A DNA stretch of 64,000 bases, taken from positions 186,001 through 250,000 of IMG/VR virus record IMGVR_UViG_3300042540_001399; one strand, written 5' to 3'. Below are positions 1 through 10,304 of the stretch, piece after piece. The stretch's first letter is position 1. The number at the start of each line of letters is the position of its first letter. The notes under the pieces are model-generated. The model did not search any database. It was given only the letters and a program-made list of their open reading frames with translations, and was not told the DNA's origin. Both the position numbers and the translations under genes were made by a program.

Positions 1-153
1 CGTTGGTCACAAAAATACAAAAGATCAATAGATTGTAATAACCCAAAGGGTTTTTCACAAAAAGCCCATTGTCAAGGTAGAAAAAAAAGATAAACCAAAC
101 CCCGCGTTAATGTGGGGTTTTATTTTTATGTAATATTTATAAAATAAAAAATT

Positions 154-1056
154 ATGAAAAAAGTATTTAAAAAAATTAGTAAGTTGTTTTCCAAAAACAA
201 AACGGTATCGGTAGATCCAAATACAATCGAAGGTGTGATTGTAAGCACACTTAACACAATTATTCAATCACCACAAGTACAGGACATGACATTCAAAGTG
301 TCTTCGTCTTGTGATAAAACATCTGTTTTAAACGACATTGAATTTTGTAACGAAGTTTATGTTCACGATAAATATACTTGGAGTGTTGTTGATGATGCTT
401 GTATTGATGCTTGTAATGTGGCATATGACATTTGTCATGGCGGATGCTCTGCGATAGATTGGACATGTAATAACTGTTGTACTAAAGAATGTAAACAAGG
501 AAGAGATGCTTGTAAAAGTCTTTGTGGTTATTTAGATATGACAGGAGGTTACGAGTTCAGACTTATGAACATAAAAGGTGTTGGTGGTATTCAAGTAACA
601 AATGTATATGATATGATACCAAAGTCTGATGTAGATAACGTATTTAGTATTACTATGGATTTAAATGTTCCAAAAGTTACCGCTCAGGCATATTATAAGA
701 TTTGGCAAGACCCTATTCCTGCTATGACTGGAACAATTCCTGTGGTTGCATCTAATGTTACAGGAAAAGCAACCGGAACTTTAATTATTTCTTGTGATGA
801 AAATAATCCTTCTGAATCAGGTTACTATTTACATATTGACACAATAGAAATTAACATACCTAAAAATGTATTTGATTCAAATATTTTATTAACTGCGGTG
901 TCTATCTTTGGAATGGACATTCAATACTTAACAGGTGGTATTGTTGATCTTGATCAAATGTTGTTAGATTTAGCGGACGGTGAGTTGGCAGATGTTGTTG
1001 TTGATGTCTTAAACGATATTTTGGATGATTATAAATTAATGGATGCAAATTGTTGA
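154..1056 (+). CDS. hypothetical protein with Cys-rich segment
   Basis: 300-aa ORF; dense Cys cluster (ACIDACN...CNNCC...CKSLC); ATATTTAT at 133-140. Confidence 0.75.
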   Translation: MKKVFKKISKLFSKNKTVSVDPNTIEGVIVSTLNTIIQSPQVQDMTFKVSSSCDKTSVLNDIEFCNEVYVHDKYTWSVVDDACIDACNVAYDICHGGCSAIDWTCNNCCTKECKQGRDACKSLCGYLDMTGGYEFRLMNIKGVGGIQVTNVYDMIPKSDVDNVFSITMDLNVPKVTAQAYYKIWQDPIPAMTGTIPVVASNVTGKATGTLIISCDENNPSESGYYLHIDTIEINIPKNVFDSNILLTAVSIFGMDIQYLTGGIVDLDQMLLDLADGELADVVVDVLNDILDDYKLMDANC

Positions 1057-1059
1057 TAA

Positions 1060-1548
1060 ATGAAATCCAAATTAGAAAGTCTAAATGATACTAGTTTATC
1101 AAGATATCTTAATTATGTAAAAAACGCATTATCTAATGTTGTTGATATTGAAACGATAGAATTCACTGAATTTTATGAAAAATTAACTTATGATCTTGAT
1201 TTAGAAAGAAAAATTTTTTCCCCAATAAGAGGTGGTGATAGGTATGATGTAGAATACATCTTTGCATGTTTTTCATTAAATAATTACGGAAATAATAATT
1301 TCGACCCGAATGATTTAATGAGACCTGATCAGAAAGGGTTTACAGTTAACTATATGCTAGATGAAAGAGAATTAACTAGACGAACCTACAGGATAAAGAT
1401 GGAAACTTATCTTACGCGAAGAGATTTTGACACATCATATCTTTGGCAACTTAAAAATGAAGACGAAATCGATCCATGGTCATGGGAACATGTTGACACA
1501 GATTATTTGGATAGTGATTTTGTGGATGATGATTTTGATATACATTAA
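1060..1548 (+). CDS. hypothetical acidic protein
   Basis: 162-aa ORF, 3 nt after the previous stop. Confidence 0.7.
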   Translation: MKSKLESLNDTSLSRYLNYVKNALSNVVDIETIEFTEFYEKLTYDLDLERKIFSPIRGGDRYDVEYIFACFSLNNYGNNNFDPNDLMRPDQKGFTVNYMLDERELTRRTYRIKMETYLTRRDFDTSYLWQLKNEDEIDPWSWEHVDTDYLDSDFVDDDFDIH

Positions 1549-1559
1549 AATTTTATATT

Positions 1560-2111
1560 ATGAAGTTTATTATAAATGAAAACCAATTTGCCGGATTAAG
1601 ACAGAAACTTAGAAATTCAATTGAAACGGTAGGTGTATACGAAACTTTGAGAAGGTATAATATTACATTAAATATTTTATCGGTAATCTTCGATGGGAAC
1701 ATGCCTGACACATCTTGTTATGATTTGTATGAATTAATTAGAGTATATCTAAGACAAAAAAAGTTCAAAGAAAAAACTTATAAAAATTTGACATTTAAGT
1801 TTAGCTTCGATTCTATGGGTGGGGTTTTAGAATTTGAATGTGAAGATAAAATAAAAAATGATTTTGTAACAGCGTTTGCTACACCATATTGGGATGGAGA
1901 GTGTCACCTTCCAATAGATTTTCAATATTTTGGTTTTATTGGTGGAGGACCAGAATCCGAATTTGAAATAAGTGGTGATTATTTCTACATTGAAGATTTA
2001 CCAAATAAATTTAACAGTTTCAACGATGTAATAAAATGGCTAAATGAAGACTATTTAATAATACTTTACGATAAGTGTAAAGAAGTTTTTGAATATATGA
2101 GAGAACAATGA
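1560..2111 (+). CDS. hypothetical protein, N-terminal MKFIINENQF leader
   Basis: 183-aa ORF; shares the (I/L)-x-E N-terminal motif. Confidence 0.75.
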   Translation: MKFIINENQFAGLRQKLRNSIETVGVYETLRRYNITLNILSVIFDGNMPDTSCYDLYELIRVYLRQKKFKEKTYKNLTFKFSFDSMGGVLEFECEDKIKNDFVTAFATPYWDGECHLPIDFQYFGFIGGGPESEFEISGDYFYIEDLPNKFNSFNDVIKWLNEDYLIILYDKCKEVFEYMREQ

Positions 2112-2965
2112 AAATAATAATTTCTGAAAAACAATATAGAGCACTTAAGAGTAAATTTCTAAACGAAAATGAAGAACTCAATCAGTATGGATTAACTGAC
2201 AGTGAAATGCGTGAAGTTGAAAAGGTTGCCGAAGAAGAAACTAATGATAGTATTGAAAGATTAAAAAATAATATAAAAGAGTTGGAGGATGAGGTTAAAT
2301 TCTATTCAAATTATGACTTTTCTAATATTGATGATGAAAAAGTTAAAGAACATATTATTAAAAACTGGATTGAGCCAAAGAAAAAAGAGTTAGTAAAATT
2401 AAAAAAGAGTCTTGATGAATTTAATTTTGAAGATTGGAAACAAAGAGTTATGCAGTGGCATTTATATAGTGCTGGAGGTGTGGGATATTCTTTTAGATAT
2501 GAAAGATATAAGAACGAGGCTTTAAATAGAAATTTAACTAAAGAAGATATAATTGATCTATTTGTTACCGCATTAGAAGGTGGATCTAACTATTGGTATT
2601 ATATGGACTTACCTGACAACATAAAAAGTTATGGTCAGTATATATCTGAAGCCGTAGGTGAATACATTCTACAGGGAGGTAAAATATATTTTTACGATGA
2701 TGAATTAAGGTCTGAAGTAATGTATAACTTAAGAAAGGGCGAGTATAAGATAGAAGGAGATATAATTGACCAAAAAAGATTTGATGAAGACATAGAAGAA
2801 ACATATTTAGGATATGTTGATATGGATAAAATTTTAGATGCAATATCTCTAATAAAAAAAGAATATCCAAACATTTGGGAAAATATATTATTAGAACAAA
2901 GTGATGCGGGTGACGCTGACGTTTTTTTACAACTTAGTGTTATGGGTGAAGTGGTTTTTGGGTGA
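2108..2965 (+). CDS. hypothetical protein, N-terminal MKIIISEKQY leader
   Basis: 285-aa ORF; 4-nt overlap with upstream stop. Confidence 0.75.
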   Translation: MKIIISEKQYRALKSKFLNENEELNQYGLTDSEMREVEKVAEEETNDSIERLKNNIKELEDEVKFYSNYDFSNIDDEKVKEHIIKNWIEPKKKELVKLKKSLDEFNFEDWKQRVMQWHLYSAGGVGYSFRYERYKNEALNRNLTKEDIIDLFVTALEGGSNYWYYMDLPDNIKSYGQYISEAVGEYILQGGKIYFYDDELRSEVMYNLRKGEYKIEGDIIDQKRFDEDIEETYLGYVDMDKILDAISLIKKEYPNIWENILLEQSDAGDADVFLQLSVMGEVVFG

Positions 2966-3041
2966 TAAAAACCATTAAAAAATTAATTTGTGTTTGAAAT
3001 TATTTTATTTTAAACATTCAATATTTATAAATAAAACATCT

Positions 3042-4073
3042 ATGAAAAGATTACTGATAAACGAACAGGAAAAACTAAGGATATTAAATCTTTATGGTAC
3101 ATCAAAAAATATAATAAAAGAAGAAGTTGTAATCCCATTTTCACAACAATCTGTTTATGATTCAGGTTCATCCGATCCTGCAAAATTTATAAATGACTTT
3201 GTAACAAACTTAATAAAAAAAATTGACGCAGACCCAACGGCAAAAACAATGAGATTAAGTGGTCAAATGGTATTAAGTCGAGGTACTTTTGCCGCAGGTG
3301 CAAGTAATTCTTGGGGTAAGTCCGCAACGGGTTTTGATAGAACGAATGACATGAAACCGGCAAAACCAAGTGAAACGGTTTTGTATCAAAAAAATTATGA
3401 TTTGGCATTAGAAAGGGCTAATAAATTTGAAGAAGCTTTATGGCCAATATTAGACAAATATAAAATAAAAAAATCAACCGATCTTTCTGAAGTTAAAACA
3501 CTGGCATATGTTGTTGACACTGGAGGAAAAAGTGATTCTGCTAGAGACACCACCAAATACCCAAATCCAGGTCAAAAAATAAATGTAAACTTAGTTTTTG
3601 AATATTCACAAAAACTTGAAGAAAATAAAGACGCAACTAAGATCACATCTTTGAATCAATTTAGAAAAAACTTTGTTTTAACTGGTTCTTACTACTGTAA
3701 TGGTAAAAATGGTCTTGGTGTTAGTGCAAATGTTGATACTTATTCTAACCAATGTGCCAAACTACCAGCAAACCTAAAAGATGGGAACCACATTTCCGCA
3801 TGGGAAATAAAATGGAATCCAAACGTAATGAAAAATCCATATACTGTACCTCTATATCGATGGAATTTTTATTGGGGTGCTGACGGAAAAATAAAATCTA
3901 TAGTTGGACAACAATTCAATAACGAAGCAAAATATCCGGTAAATAAAATATTTCCACCATCACAAAATGTTTCTAAAGATGACAAAACACTATTATATAT
4001 GATGGGACTAAATGATAATCAAACGGCGACTGGCGGTGCTTTATATACTAAATTGATAAAACCTTACATTTAA
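3042..4073 (+). CDS. hypothetical protein with possible OmpA-C-like segment
   Basis: ATG 3042 after ATATTTAT 3021-3028; AGAS...NYDLALERA resembles the OmpA-like N..LS..RA motif. Confidence 0.65.
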   Translation: MKRLLINEQEKLRILNLYGTSKNIIKEEVVIPFSQQSVYDSGSSDPAKFINDFVTNLIKKIDADPTAKTMRLSGQMVLSRGTFAAGASNSWGKSATGFDRTNDMKPAKPSETVLYQKNYDLALERANKFEEALWPILDKYKIKKSTDLSEVKTLAYVVDTGGKSDSARDTTKYPNPGQKINVNLVFEYSQKLEENKDATKITSLNQFRKNFVLTGSYYCNGKNGLGVSANVDTYSNQCAKLPANLKDGNHISAWEIKWNPNVMKNPYTVPLYRWNFYWGADGKIKSIVGQQFNNEAKYPVNKIFPPSQNVSKDDKTLLYMMGLNDNQTATGGALYTKLIKPYI

Positions 4074-4636
4074 AAGTAACCTACAGTAACAAAATTTACT
4101 GTTGTGTATATTTTATTTGATTTAGACTTTTTTACTGAACAACTTATCATACCTGAAAATCCATTCGGATCTTTAAACATTGATTCGATTGTTAATTTGT
4201 GATTCTTTGAGGATAACCAACCGTTAAAAATTGATTTTGACAAATCATCATAAGTCAAAAAATTACCTTCGGCCATTGAAATTATTTCTGCCGATTGATC
4301 GATGAAAAGTATACTCGGATTTTTTGAACCACATTTCCCATTTGTAAAATTAAATAATTCTGAGTACAACATTGTGTTCAATCCTTCGTTATTCACATCC
4401 ATTTCCAAATGAAAGGGACTATCTTGTTTAGAATTCAAAGTTGAAGTTTTATCAGAAACACTGTCTCTAAGAGTTTTGGATGAATAAAGTTCACAAAGAC
4501 CAAGTGATTTTCTATATGTATTAATTTGATAAAGTACTTTTGTTTCTAACAAGGTGAAATTGAAATTATTGTAGTCAATTTTTTGTGATAAAGTTGTAAA
4601 TGATAATAAAAAACAAAATAACAAGATCGACTTCAT
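4070..4636 (-). CDS. secreted CAP (SCP-like) domain protein
   Basis: hydrophobic signal peptide; INTYRKSLG and GWLSSKNH motifs typical of CAP domains. Confidence 0.7.
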   Translation of the reverse strand: MKSILLFCFLLSFTTLSQKIDYNNFNFTLLETKVLYQINTYRKSLGLCELYSSKTLRDSVSDKTSTLNSKQDSPFHLEMDVNNEGLNTMLYSELFNFTNGKCGSKNPSILFIDQSAEIISMAEGNFLTYDDLSKSIFNGWLSSKNHKLTIESMFKDPNGFSGMISCSVKKSKSNKIYTTVNFVTVGYF

Positions 4637-4748
4637 AACAATTTTAATATATACAAAGATAGTGTTTTTTAATATCGCTAACTAATTATAACTAAAAAAA
4701 TATACAGATTTTTTTCTGTTGGTTGATATTTATAATAAAAATAATTTT

Positions 4749-6665
4749 ATGAACAAAAGTTATAGCAAGATTAGGCACATCCAAGAATTAAACCGAAGAC
4801 TGGATGAAAGTCGTAATGAAAAAAATGAAGAAAAATATTTGTTTGAAAGTTTTGGAACAAAAAACGAAAAAAACATATATCTTGATCTAATAGAAAAACA
4901 AAGAATTTTGGAAGAAAATTTAAAATTTGGTAATAAAAATTTTTTATTTGAAGCCGAAGAAGAAATTGATGTCGAAGATGAAAATTTAGATGACGAGTCT
5001 GGTTTGGAAACTGAAGCAGATTATGACGAAATGATTAAATTATATCCTAATGAATTTAAAGAGTTTTTACAAGATTTTATAAAACAAGTTGAAGCTTCGC
5101 CTGAAGCTAATGAACCAGAATCTTTGTCTGAATCATTACTCGATGATAATCAAGCTTTATTAATTTTGGAAAGGTGTTGTGCGTTTGGTGATAACTGTTA
5201 TTTGGCAGACTGTTTCAAAAAAAATACCAAATTCAAAAGATGGATGAGAAGGCAAAAAAGTGATCTAAGACAATTTAACACGAGACTCAAAAGAAAATTC
5301 AGAGATTGGATGCGTAATATTAAAGACATAGACTTAGATATTGAATTCAAAAAACATAAAAAAAGAAAGAAAAAGAAATCCCGAATACAAAGTAAGAGAC
5401 CAAAAAGTTTACAAAAAACATGGGCAAAAAACAAAAGAGGTACCATCAAAATAGGAAGGGCCAGATGGTTAACATTTGGTAAAGGAAAAGGTTCTGAATA
5501 TGAAGAATTTGATTCTGAAGAAAGTCAAGAACCATCAATTCCTGAAGAACAATGGGCAAGCTATTTACAAGAAAATGACGGAAAAATGGTAAGTCTTATG
5601 ACAAAAGTTTCGAAACAAAATTGGAATACATTAAAAACTGATCCTGATGATATTGGATATGCAGTTGCCGTTTTAGAAAGATTCAATGACACTTATGAAG
5701 AAAAGAAATGGAAAAAAGTAGGGGTTGGTTTGGATGTAAATACTTTCAAACAAGAAATTGAACAGGATCCAATAATAAGTGATATTGAAGGTGAAACACA
5801 AGATTATCCTTACCAAACTTTTGACTTTCCATTTGATATGGCTGCAGAACCAAATTTATTTGTTAATAACCAATGGACAGAACAATATGCCACAGTATTT
5901 TCACAACAAGTTGATACATTAGTTAGTCAGGTTAGTGAAGTATTAAAAGGTTTGAACCCACCAGAAGGTAAACCTAAAGGTTATATTAAGGCATTATATT
6001 TAGAGTCTTCAGCGTCAAGATTCAGAAATGGTGGTTTGGCTAGTGATCTTTCTTTTTTAGAGTTATCAAATAAAAGATTAGATACCGCAAAACAAATCAT
6101 TTATAATAAATTGAATGCAGTTGGTGTTGGGTCAGATGCCCAAACATTAGTAAGTTTCAAACCGGAAGGTGCTAATGGGGATGGTTCATCTGGACCAAAT
6201 CCACCATTGAAATATGGTTATGTACCTAAAGGAAATGTAAAAATGGAACCTTTTTGTGCTAGTGGAAAACAAGAATGTACAATAGGTGGAAAGGTTGTTA
6301 AAAGAAATGAACTTGGAGAACCACACGCCACCGAAAAAGAGTACGATAAATACAAATATATCAGAGGTACTATCGTAATAGTCTTTAACGATACGGTTAA
6401 AAAAGATCCTGATGTCACGCCACCAAAACAAGATCCGAAGGAATTTGAGCCTGATTTTGAAATAATTGAAACAGATACTTATCCAATTTATTTCTACGCA
6501 CCTGGTAAAAAACCTTTTAGGATACCAATTCCAGGTATCAGAATTAAATGGAAGAAGTTATTTGAAAAAAGATCATTCGTGAGACGTGGTATACCAACTT
6601 ACGGACCACCTAATAAAAAACCAGGATCAACGAAATGTGAATTTTTTGGTGAAAACGGAAGATAA
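4749..6665 (+). CDS. large protein with acidic and basic tracts, possible OmpA-C-like segment
   Basis: ATG 4749 after ATATTTAT 4726-4733; ESSAS...LELSNKRL motif. Confidence 0.65.
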   Translation: MNKSYSKIRHIQELNRRLDESRNEKNEEKYLFESFGTKNEKNIYLDLIEKQRILEENLKFGNKNFLFEAEEEIDVEDENLDDESGLETEADYDEMIKLYPNEFKEFLQDFIKQVEASPEANEPESLSESLLDDNQALLILERCCAFGDNCYLADCFKKNTKFKRWMRRQKSDLRQFNTRLKRKFRDWMRNIKDIDLDIEFKKHKKRKKKKSRIQSKRPKSLQKTWAKNKRGTIKIGRARWLTFGKGKGSEYEEFDSEESQEPSIPEEQWASYLQENDGKMVSLMTKVSKQNWNTLKTDPDDIGYAVAVLERFNDTYEEKKWKKVGVGLDVNTFKQEIEQDPIISDIEGETQDYPYQTFDFPFDMAAEPNLFVNNQWTEQYATVFSQQVDTLVSQVSEVLKGLNPPEGKPKGYIKALYLESSASRFRNGGLASDLSFLELSNKRLDTAKQIIYNKLNAVGVGSDAQTLVSFKPEGANGDGSSGPNPPLKYGYVPKGNVKMEPFCASGKQECTIGGKVVKRNELGEPHATEKEYDKYKYIRGTIVIVFNDTVKKDPDVTPPKQDPKEFEPDFEIIETDTYPIYFYAPGKKPFRIPIPGIRIKWKKLFEKRSFVRRGIPTYGPPNKKPGSTKCEFFGENGR

Positions 6666-6670
6666 AAAAT

Positions 6671-6695
6671 AAAAGGGGACTAAGTCCCCTTTTTT
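6671..6695. terminator. bidirectional intrinsic terminator
   Basis: AAAAGGGGAC-TAA-GTCCCCTTTT between convergent genes. Confidence 0.85.
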
Positions 6696-7245
6696 ATTTA
6701 GTAGATCTAATACAGATATTAAATGAAGATTTATTTTGATAAACCCCAAATCCGTAAGTTGTATGTTCACTATTTAACAACATATTCATGTGGGAATCAG
6801 AACTAATAAAGATATCAAAAATACAATCAGCGATTACTTTGTTTACATCGGTACTATTGTAGTCAATTTTACTAATTAAAATAAAATTAATAGTTGCAAT
6901 TACCTCATCTTCGTTTTCTGATAAATTCACATCATGACAAAAACTTTCAGAAAGTTTTTTTGCGTAAGATTTTGATTGTTTTGTCATTTCTTTATTTTCA
7001 GTAACAGATGGCTTACCATAATCAGATCTGAAATTATTAAATGATGTCAAAAGATAACCATTAATTTTTAATGTATCAATTTTAGATAACATTTCTGATG
7101 ATGGGTAAGAAAAATTTCCACCATTTATTGGTGTTATTCTTTTTGTGGTTTTTGAAAAAGACCAAACATTAGAATACAAATCAAATGTTTGTGAAAAACA
7201 GTTAAAGTAAAAAATTAAGGAAAATAAAATAGAAAAAAATTTCAT
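6694..7245 (-). CDS. secreted CAP (SCP-like) domain protein
   Basis: signal peptide; FNNFRSDYG and SDSHMNMLLN...YGFGV motifs. Confidence 0.7.
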   Translation of the reverse strand: MKFFSILFSLIFYFNCFSQTFDLYSNVWSFSKTTKRITPINGGNFSYPSSEMLSKIDTLKINGYLLTSFNNFRSDYGKPSVTENKEMTKQSKSYAKKLSESFCHDVNLSENEDEVIATINFILISKIDYNSTDVNKVIADCIFDIFISSDSHMNMLLNSEHTTYGFGVYQNKSSFNICIRSTK

Positions 7246-7315
7246 TTTGTTTTTTTTTGGTTATAACACAAATATACAAGATTTTATGATATTTATAATA
7301 AAAAACAAAAAAATT

Positions 7316-7636
7316 ATGAAAAGAATAGTTAGATTGACAGAATCAGACCTTACAAGAATTGTAAGAAGAGTGATTTCAGAACAAGAAGAAGCCTTTATCG
7401 AACAAATTGATTCGGAATTAGATTCTGTTCCTGAAGAAGGGGAAGATCCTGGTTTATTAGAAAGAATTATAAATAAAATTCAAGATGCCGGTCACGATGT
7501 GGAAATGATTATTAGAAGATTGAAAAGAAACGGTAGAAAATTCAAAAAACACATTTCTAGACATTTCCAACAAGAAATGATACAAGGTAAAAAAATGTGG
7601 AGAAGAATCAGAAAGAAATTAAATAGAATGTTTTAA
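7316..7636 (+). CDS. small protein with LTESDL leader
   Basis: MKRIVRLTESDLTRIVRRVISEQ start; ATATTTAT 7289-7296. Confidence 0.8.
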   Translation: MKRIVRLTESDLTRIVRRVISEQEEAFIEQIDSELDSVPEEGEDPGLLERIINKIQDAGHDVEMIIRRLKRNGRKFKKHISRHFQQEMIQGKKMWRRIRKKLNRMF

Positions 7637-7671
7637 GTTCCGAAGTATAATTCCATTATACATCCACTACT

Positions 7672-7698
7672 AAACCCCAATTTTTTTGGGGTTTTTTT
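7672..7698 (+). terminator. intrinsic terminator
   Basis: AAACCCCAA/TTGGGGTTT stem plus T tract. Confidence 0.75.
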
Positions 7699-7721
7699 GT
7701 TTAATTTATATTTATAAGAAT

Positions 7722-8381
7722 ATGGAAAAAAGAATTTCAGATAAAAAAAGTAGAAACTTTATATTCAGAAGATATGGGTACATTAGACCAATAATCGATA
7801 GGGAAAAAAAAGACCAAGAACCTTGTTATTATAAAGATAAATATGGTGAGTTTGAAGGGTTCAAATACTACATGGAAACCGTTTCCACATCGGTTGTTGA
7901 GTTTATAATGTATTCTTTACCTGACTTTCATGATATGGATTCTGATGAAGAAGAAAATATGGTTGATAGTCTTTTAGGAGCCTTTGACGATATGTTTTTT
8001 AATGAAATCGAAGAATATTATTTTAATTTTGATTGTGGTGAATATTTTCAAAACTTGTCCACAATATACGAATCGGTTTCACATCAAGTTTTAAGAAGAC
8101 TTAGAAGGATCCAAGAAGTTAGAGACACAATAGAATTCCAAATGGAAATCCAAGACCCGTGTGATTTTGAAGATAGTGAAGAATTTGCCGATTTTTGTAT
8201 TGGTGAAGGCCTAAGTTTTTTTTATGGTGATGAAAACTATGAAAGAGAAGATGATATATTTGCAGATGAAAATGATAATGAAGATAGTGGTAGGGAAGAA
8301 ATAGAACAAATGATGTATGAAGAATATTTTGACAAATTAGTTAAGTTTTGGGATGAAATTGTTAAATACGGTAACTGTTAA
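7722..8381 (+). CDS. acidic hypothetical protein with two internally similar halves
   Basis: ATG 7722; both halves end in EEYYF/EEYF-like helices. Confidence 0.7.
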   Translation: MEKRISDKKSRNFIFRRYGYIRPIIDREKKDQEPCYYKDKYGEFEGFKYYMETVSTSVVEFIMYSLPDFHDMDSDEEENMVDSLLGAFDDMFFNEIEEYYFNFDCGEYFQNLSTIYESVSHQVLRRLRRIQEVRDTIEFQMEIQDPCDFEDSEEFADFCIGEGLSFFYGDENYEREDDIFADENDNEDSGREEIEQMMYEEYFDKLVKFWDEIVKYGNC

Positions 8382-8383
8382 TT

Positions 8384-8668
8384 ATGAAAATGGATCCACA
8401 ACTTTTACGAAGATATGTTTTGATTAAAGAATTAATTGATAATTCATATGATGTCTTAAGATCCGAAGTTTGTGATTATGCTTTTTCTGATTTTTTAGAA
8501 GAAGTTTGTTGGCAAGTTTCAGACCATTTGGATTTAGAAACTGTTGACTCAATTGAAAAAATACATAGATGGGTTAGAAATAATTTTAACGACTACATTA
8601 GAGAAAATTTCAATAATTTATTAAATGAAGAAAATTGTGATGATGATTTCTATGATGATGTAGATTGA
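8384..8668 (+). CDS. hypothetical protein resembling the repeat unit of the upstream ORF
   Basis: LRRY..IKELID...EVCD...FLEEVC parallels LRRI.EVRDTIE...DPCD...FADFC. Confidence 0.65.
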   Translation: MKMDPQLLRRYVLIKELIDNSYDVLRSEVCDYAFSDFLEEVCWQVSDHLDLETVDSIEKIHRWVRNNFNDYIRENFNNLLNEENCDDDFYDDVD

Positions 8669-8781
8669 TTATTCATCATTATTTTTTTTTGTATTTAAAA
8701 AACAAAAACCAATTATCAACCAACCAACAACTAAAGTAAAAACTAATTTGAATATCATCATCTAAGTATATTTATAAGTAT

Positions 8782-9237
8782 ATGTTAACAAAAAAACAAA
8801 TTCAAGGATTCAAAATTCTCAATAATATTGTATGTACTGAATTTCCATACATAAAAAAAGTTGAGCCAGTACTTTCAGAAATTGATAGATATCAATTTTC
8901 TTTAAATGTTTTAGTGCATGTTGATGTTTTTGAAGTCAAAGATACTTTGAATTTAGAATTTAGATCGGACTTATCAGATAAAAAAAAGGAAAATCTTGTA
9001 GAATATATTTTAAGTATGAATGATTGGGGATATAATTATTTATTTACTATTTTTGATAAAAAGTTTGAAGAAAAAACCAATCGAAACTTCAATATCAAAA
9101 TTGAAACCTTTATGAATAGAGTGTACCATCAATTACCAAAAGATATGGTAGTTTTGGAAGACTATGAGTCTCTATTAAAAATTAAAGAACCTAAAGATCT
9201 TGAAATTAAAACTCTTATTTTTGTAGTCAAAAAATAA
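8782..9237 (+). CDS. hypothetical protein
   Basis: 151-aa ORF with TATTTAT just upstream. Confidence 0.7.
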   Translation: MLTKKQIQGFKILNNIVCTEFPYIKKVEPVLSEIDRYQFSLNVLVHVDVFEVKDTLNLEFRSDLSDKKKENLVEYILSMNDWGYNYLFTIFDKKFEEKTNRNFNIKIETFMNRVYHQLPKDMVVLEDYESLLKIKEPKDLEIKTLIFVVKK

Positions 9238-9277
9238 TTTTATTCTTTTTTTGATATTTATAAAGAAACATTTTTAT

Positions 9278-10015
9278 ATGAAAAGAATTATTATTTCTGA
9301 AGAAGAAAGAAATCATATTTTAAAATCCCATGGTTTGAACGAATCATTGCCAGAACTTGATGTTTTTCCAATTCAGGGTGGTAAGTATAATATTGGATAC
9401 GACCCAAAATGGGACGACTTCAACAACCCTATGGGTACCGCAAACAGTGACTACTCAAGACAAGCAACCCATGCTGGCGCTGGTGGACATTTACATGGTC
9501 ATATAGGGGTAGATATTTTTGGACCCAAAGGTACACCTATTTTAGCGCCTGTTGATGGTAAAGTTAAATATGGTGGTAACGGTTTAACTGTGATAATAGA
9601 AGATCCCGAAACAGGATATTCACATTGGTTAGGTCACTTGGATACACGTACAGTAAATGAAGGTGATTTTGTATTTGCAGGTCAACAAGTGGGTACTTTA
9701 GGTAATACAGGAAACGCACAGGGAACAGCACCTCACCTACATTACAATATTTACAGTACTAACGCAGGATTTTATTCAGGCGAAGATCCTTTAAACATAT
9801 TAAAAGGGGCGATCAATAAGACACCCAAAAAACCACAAGAAGTAGAGTATGAAGATTTAGGTACGAAATTTAAAAGCGCCTTCAAAAAAATATTTGGATC
9901 CGAAGAAAAAGATGAAAAAGGAAACGTCAAAGCTGAAGATGAACATGATCTTTGGGATAAAATGAAAATTGCTGGAAGTGTTTTCTTTGATAAAATTAAA
10001 AATATCTTTGATTAG
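9278..10015 (+). CDS. M23 family metallopeptidase
   Basis: HIGVDIF, GTPILAPVDG, GHLD, GNTG...PHLHY motifs. Confidence 0.9.
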   Translation: MKRIIISEEERNHILKSHGLNESLPELDVFPIQGGKYNIGYDPKWDDFNNPMGTANSDYSRQATHAGAGGHLHGHIGVDIFGPKGTPILAPVDGKVKYGGNGLTVIIEDPETGYSHWLGHLDTRTVNEGDFVFAGQQVGTLGNTGNAQGTAPHLHYNIYSTNAGFYSGEDPLNILKGAINKTPKKPQEVEYEDLGTKFKSAFKKIFGSEEKDEKGNVKAEDEHDLWDKMKIAGSVFFDKIKNIFD

Positions 10016-10016
10016 T

Positions 10017-10304
10017 ATGGGACATATTAGAATTTCTGAAAGAGAACTTATAAATACAATCAAAAAAATTATAAATGAAAATAGTGATTTTGTTACAGGT
10101 ATTTCTGCATCAGAAAGAGCTGAATTAGTTGACGATGTTATAAACAGAATAAATGAATTTGGGGACGAGTATATTATTGCGTTGAATAAATTGAATTATG
10201 AATTTCAACCAAAAAGAATTAAAAGAATGGAAAGACCTAGATCTATGGACGATGTAGAACTACCTAAAGGAATAAAAATTAGTAAAAGTATTTTTCCACG
10301 GTGA
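10017..10304 (+). CDS. small protein with ISERE leader
   Basis: ATG 10017; MGHIRISERELINTIKKIINE. Confidence 0.7.
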   Translation: MGHIRISERELINTIKKIINENSDFVTGISASERAELVDDVINRINEFGDEYIIALNKLNYEFQPKRIKRMERPRSMDDVELPKGIKISKSIFPR

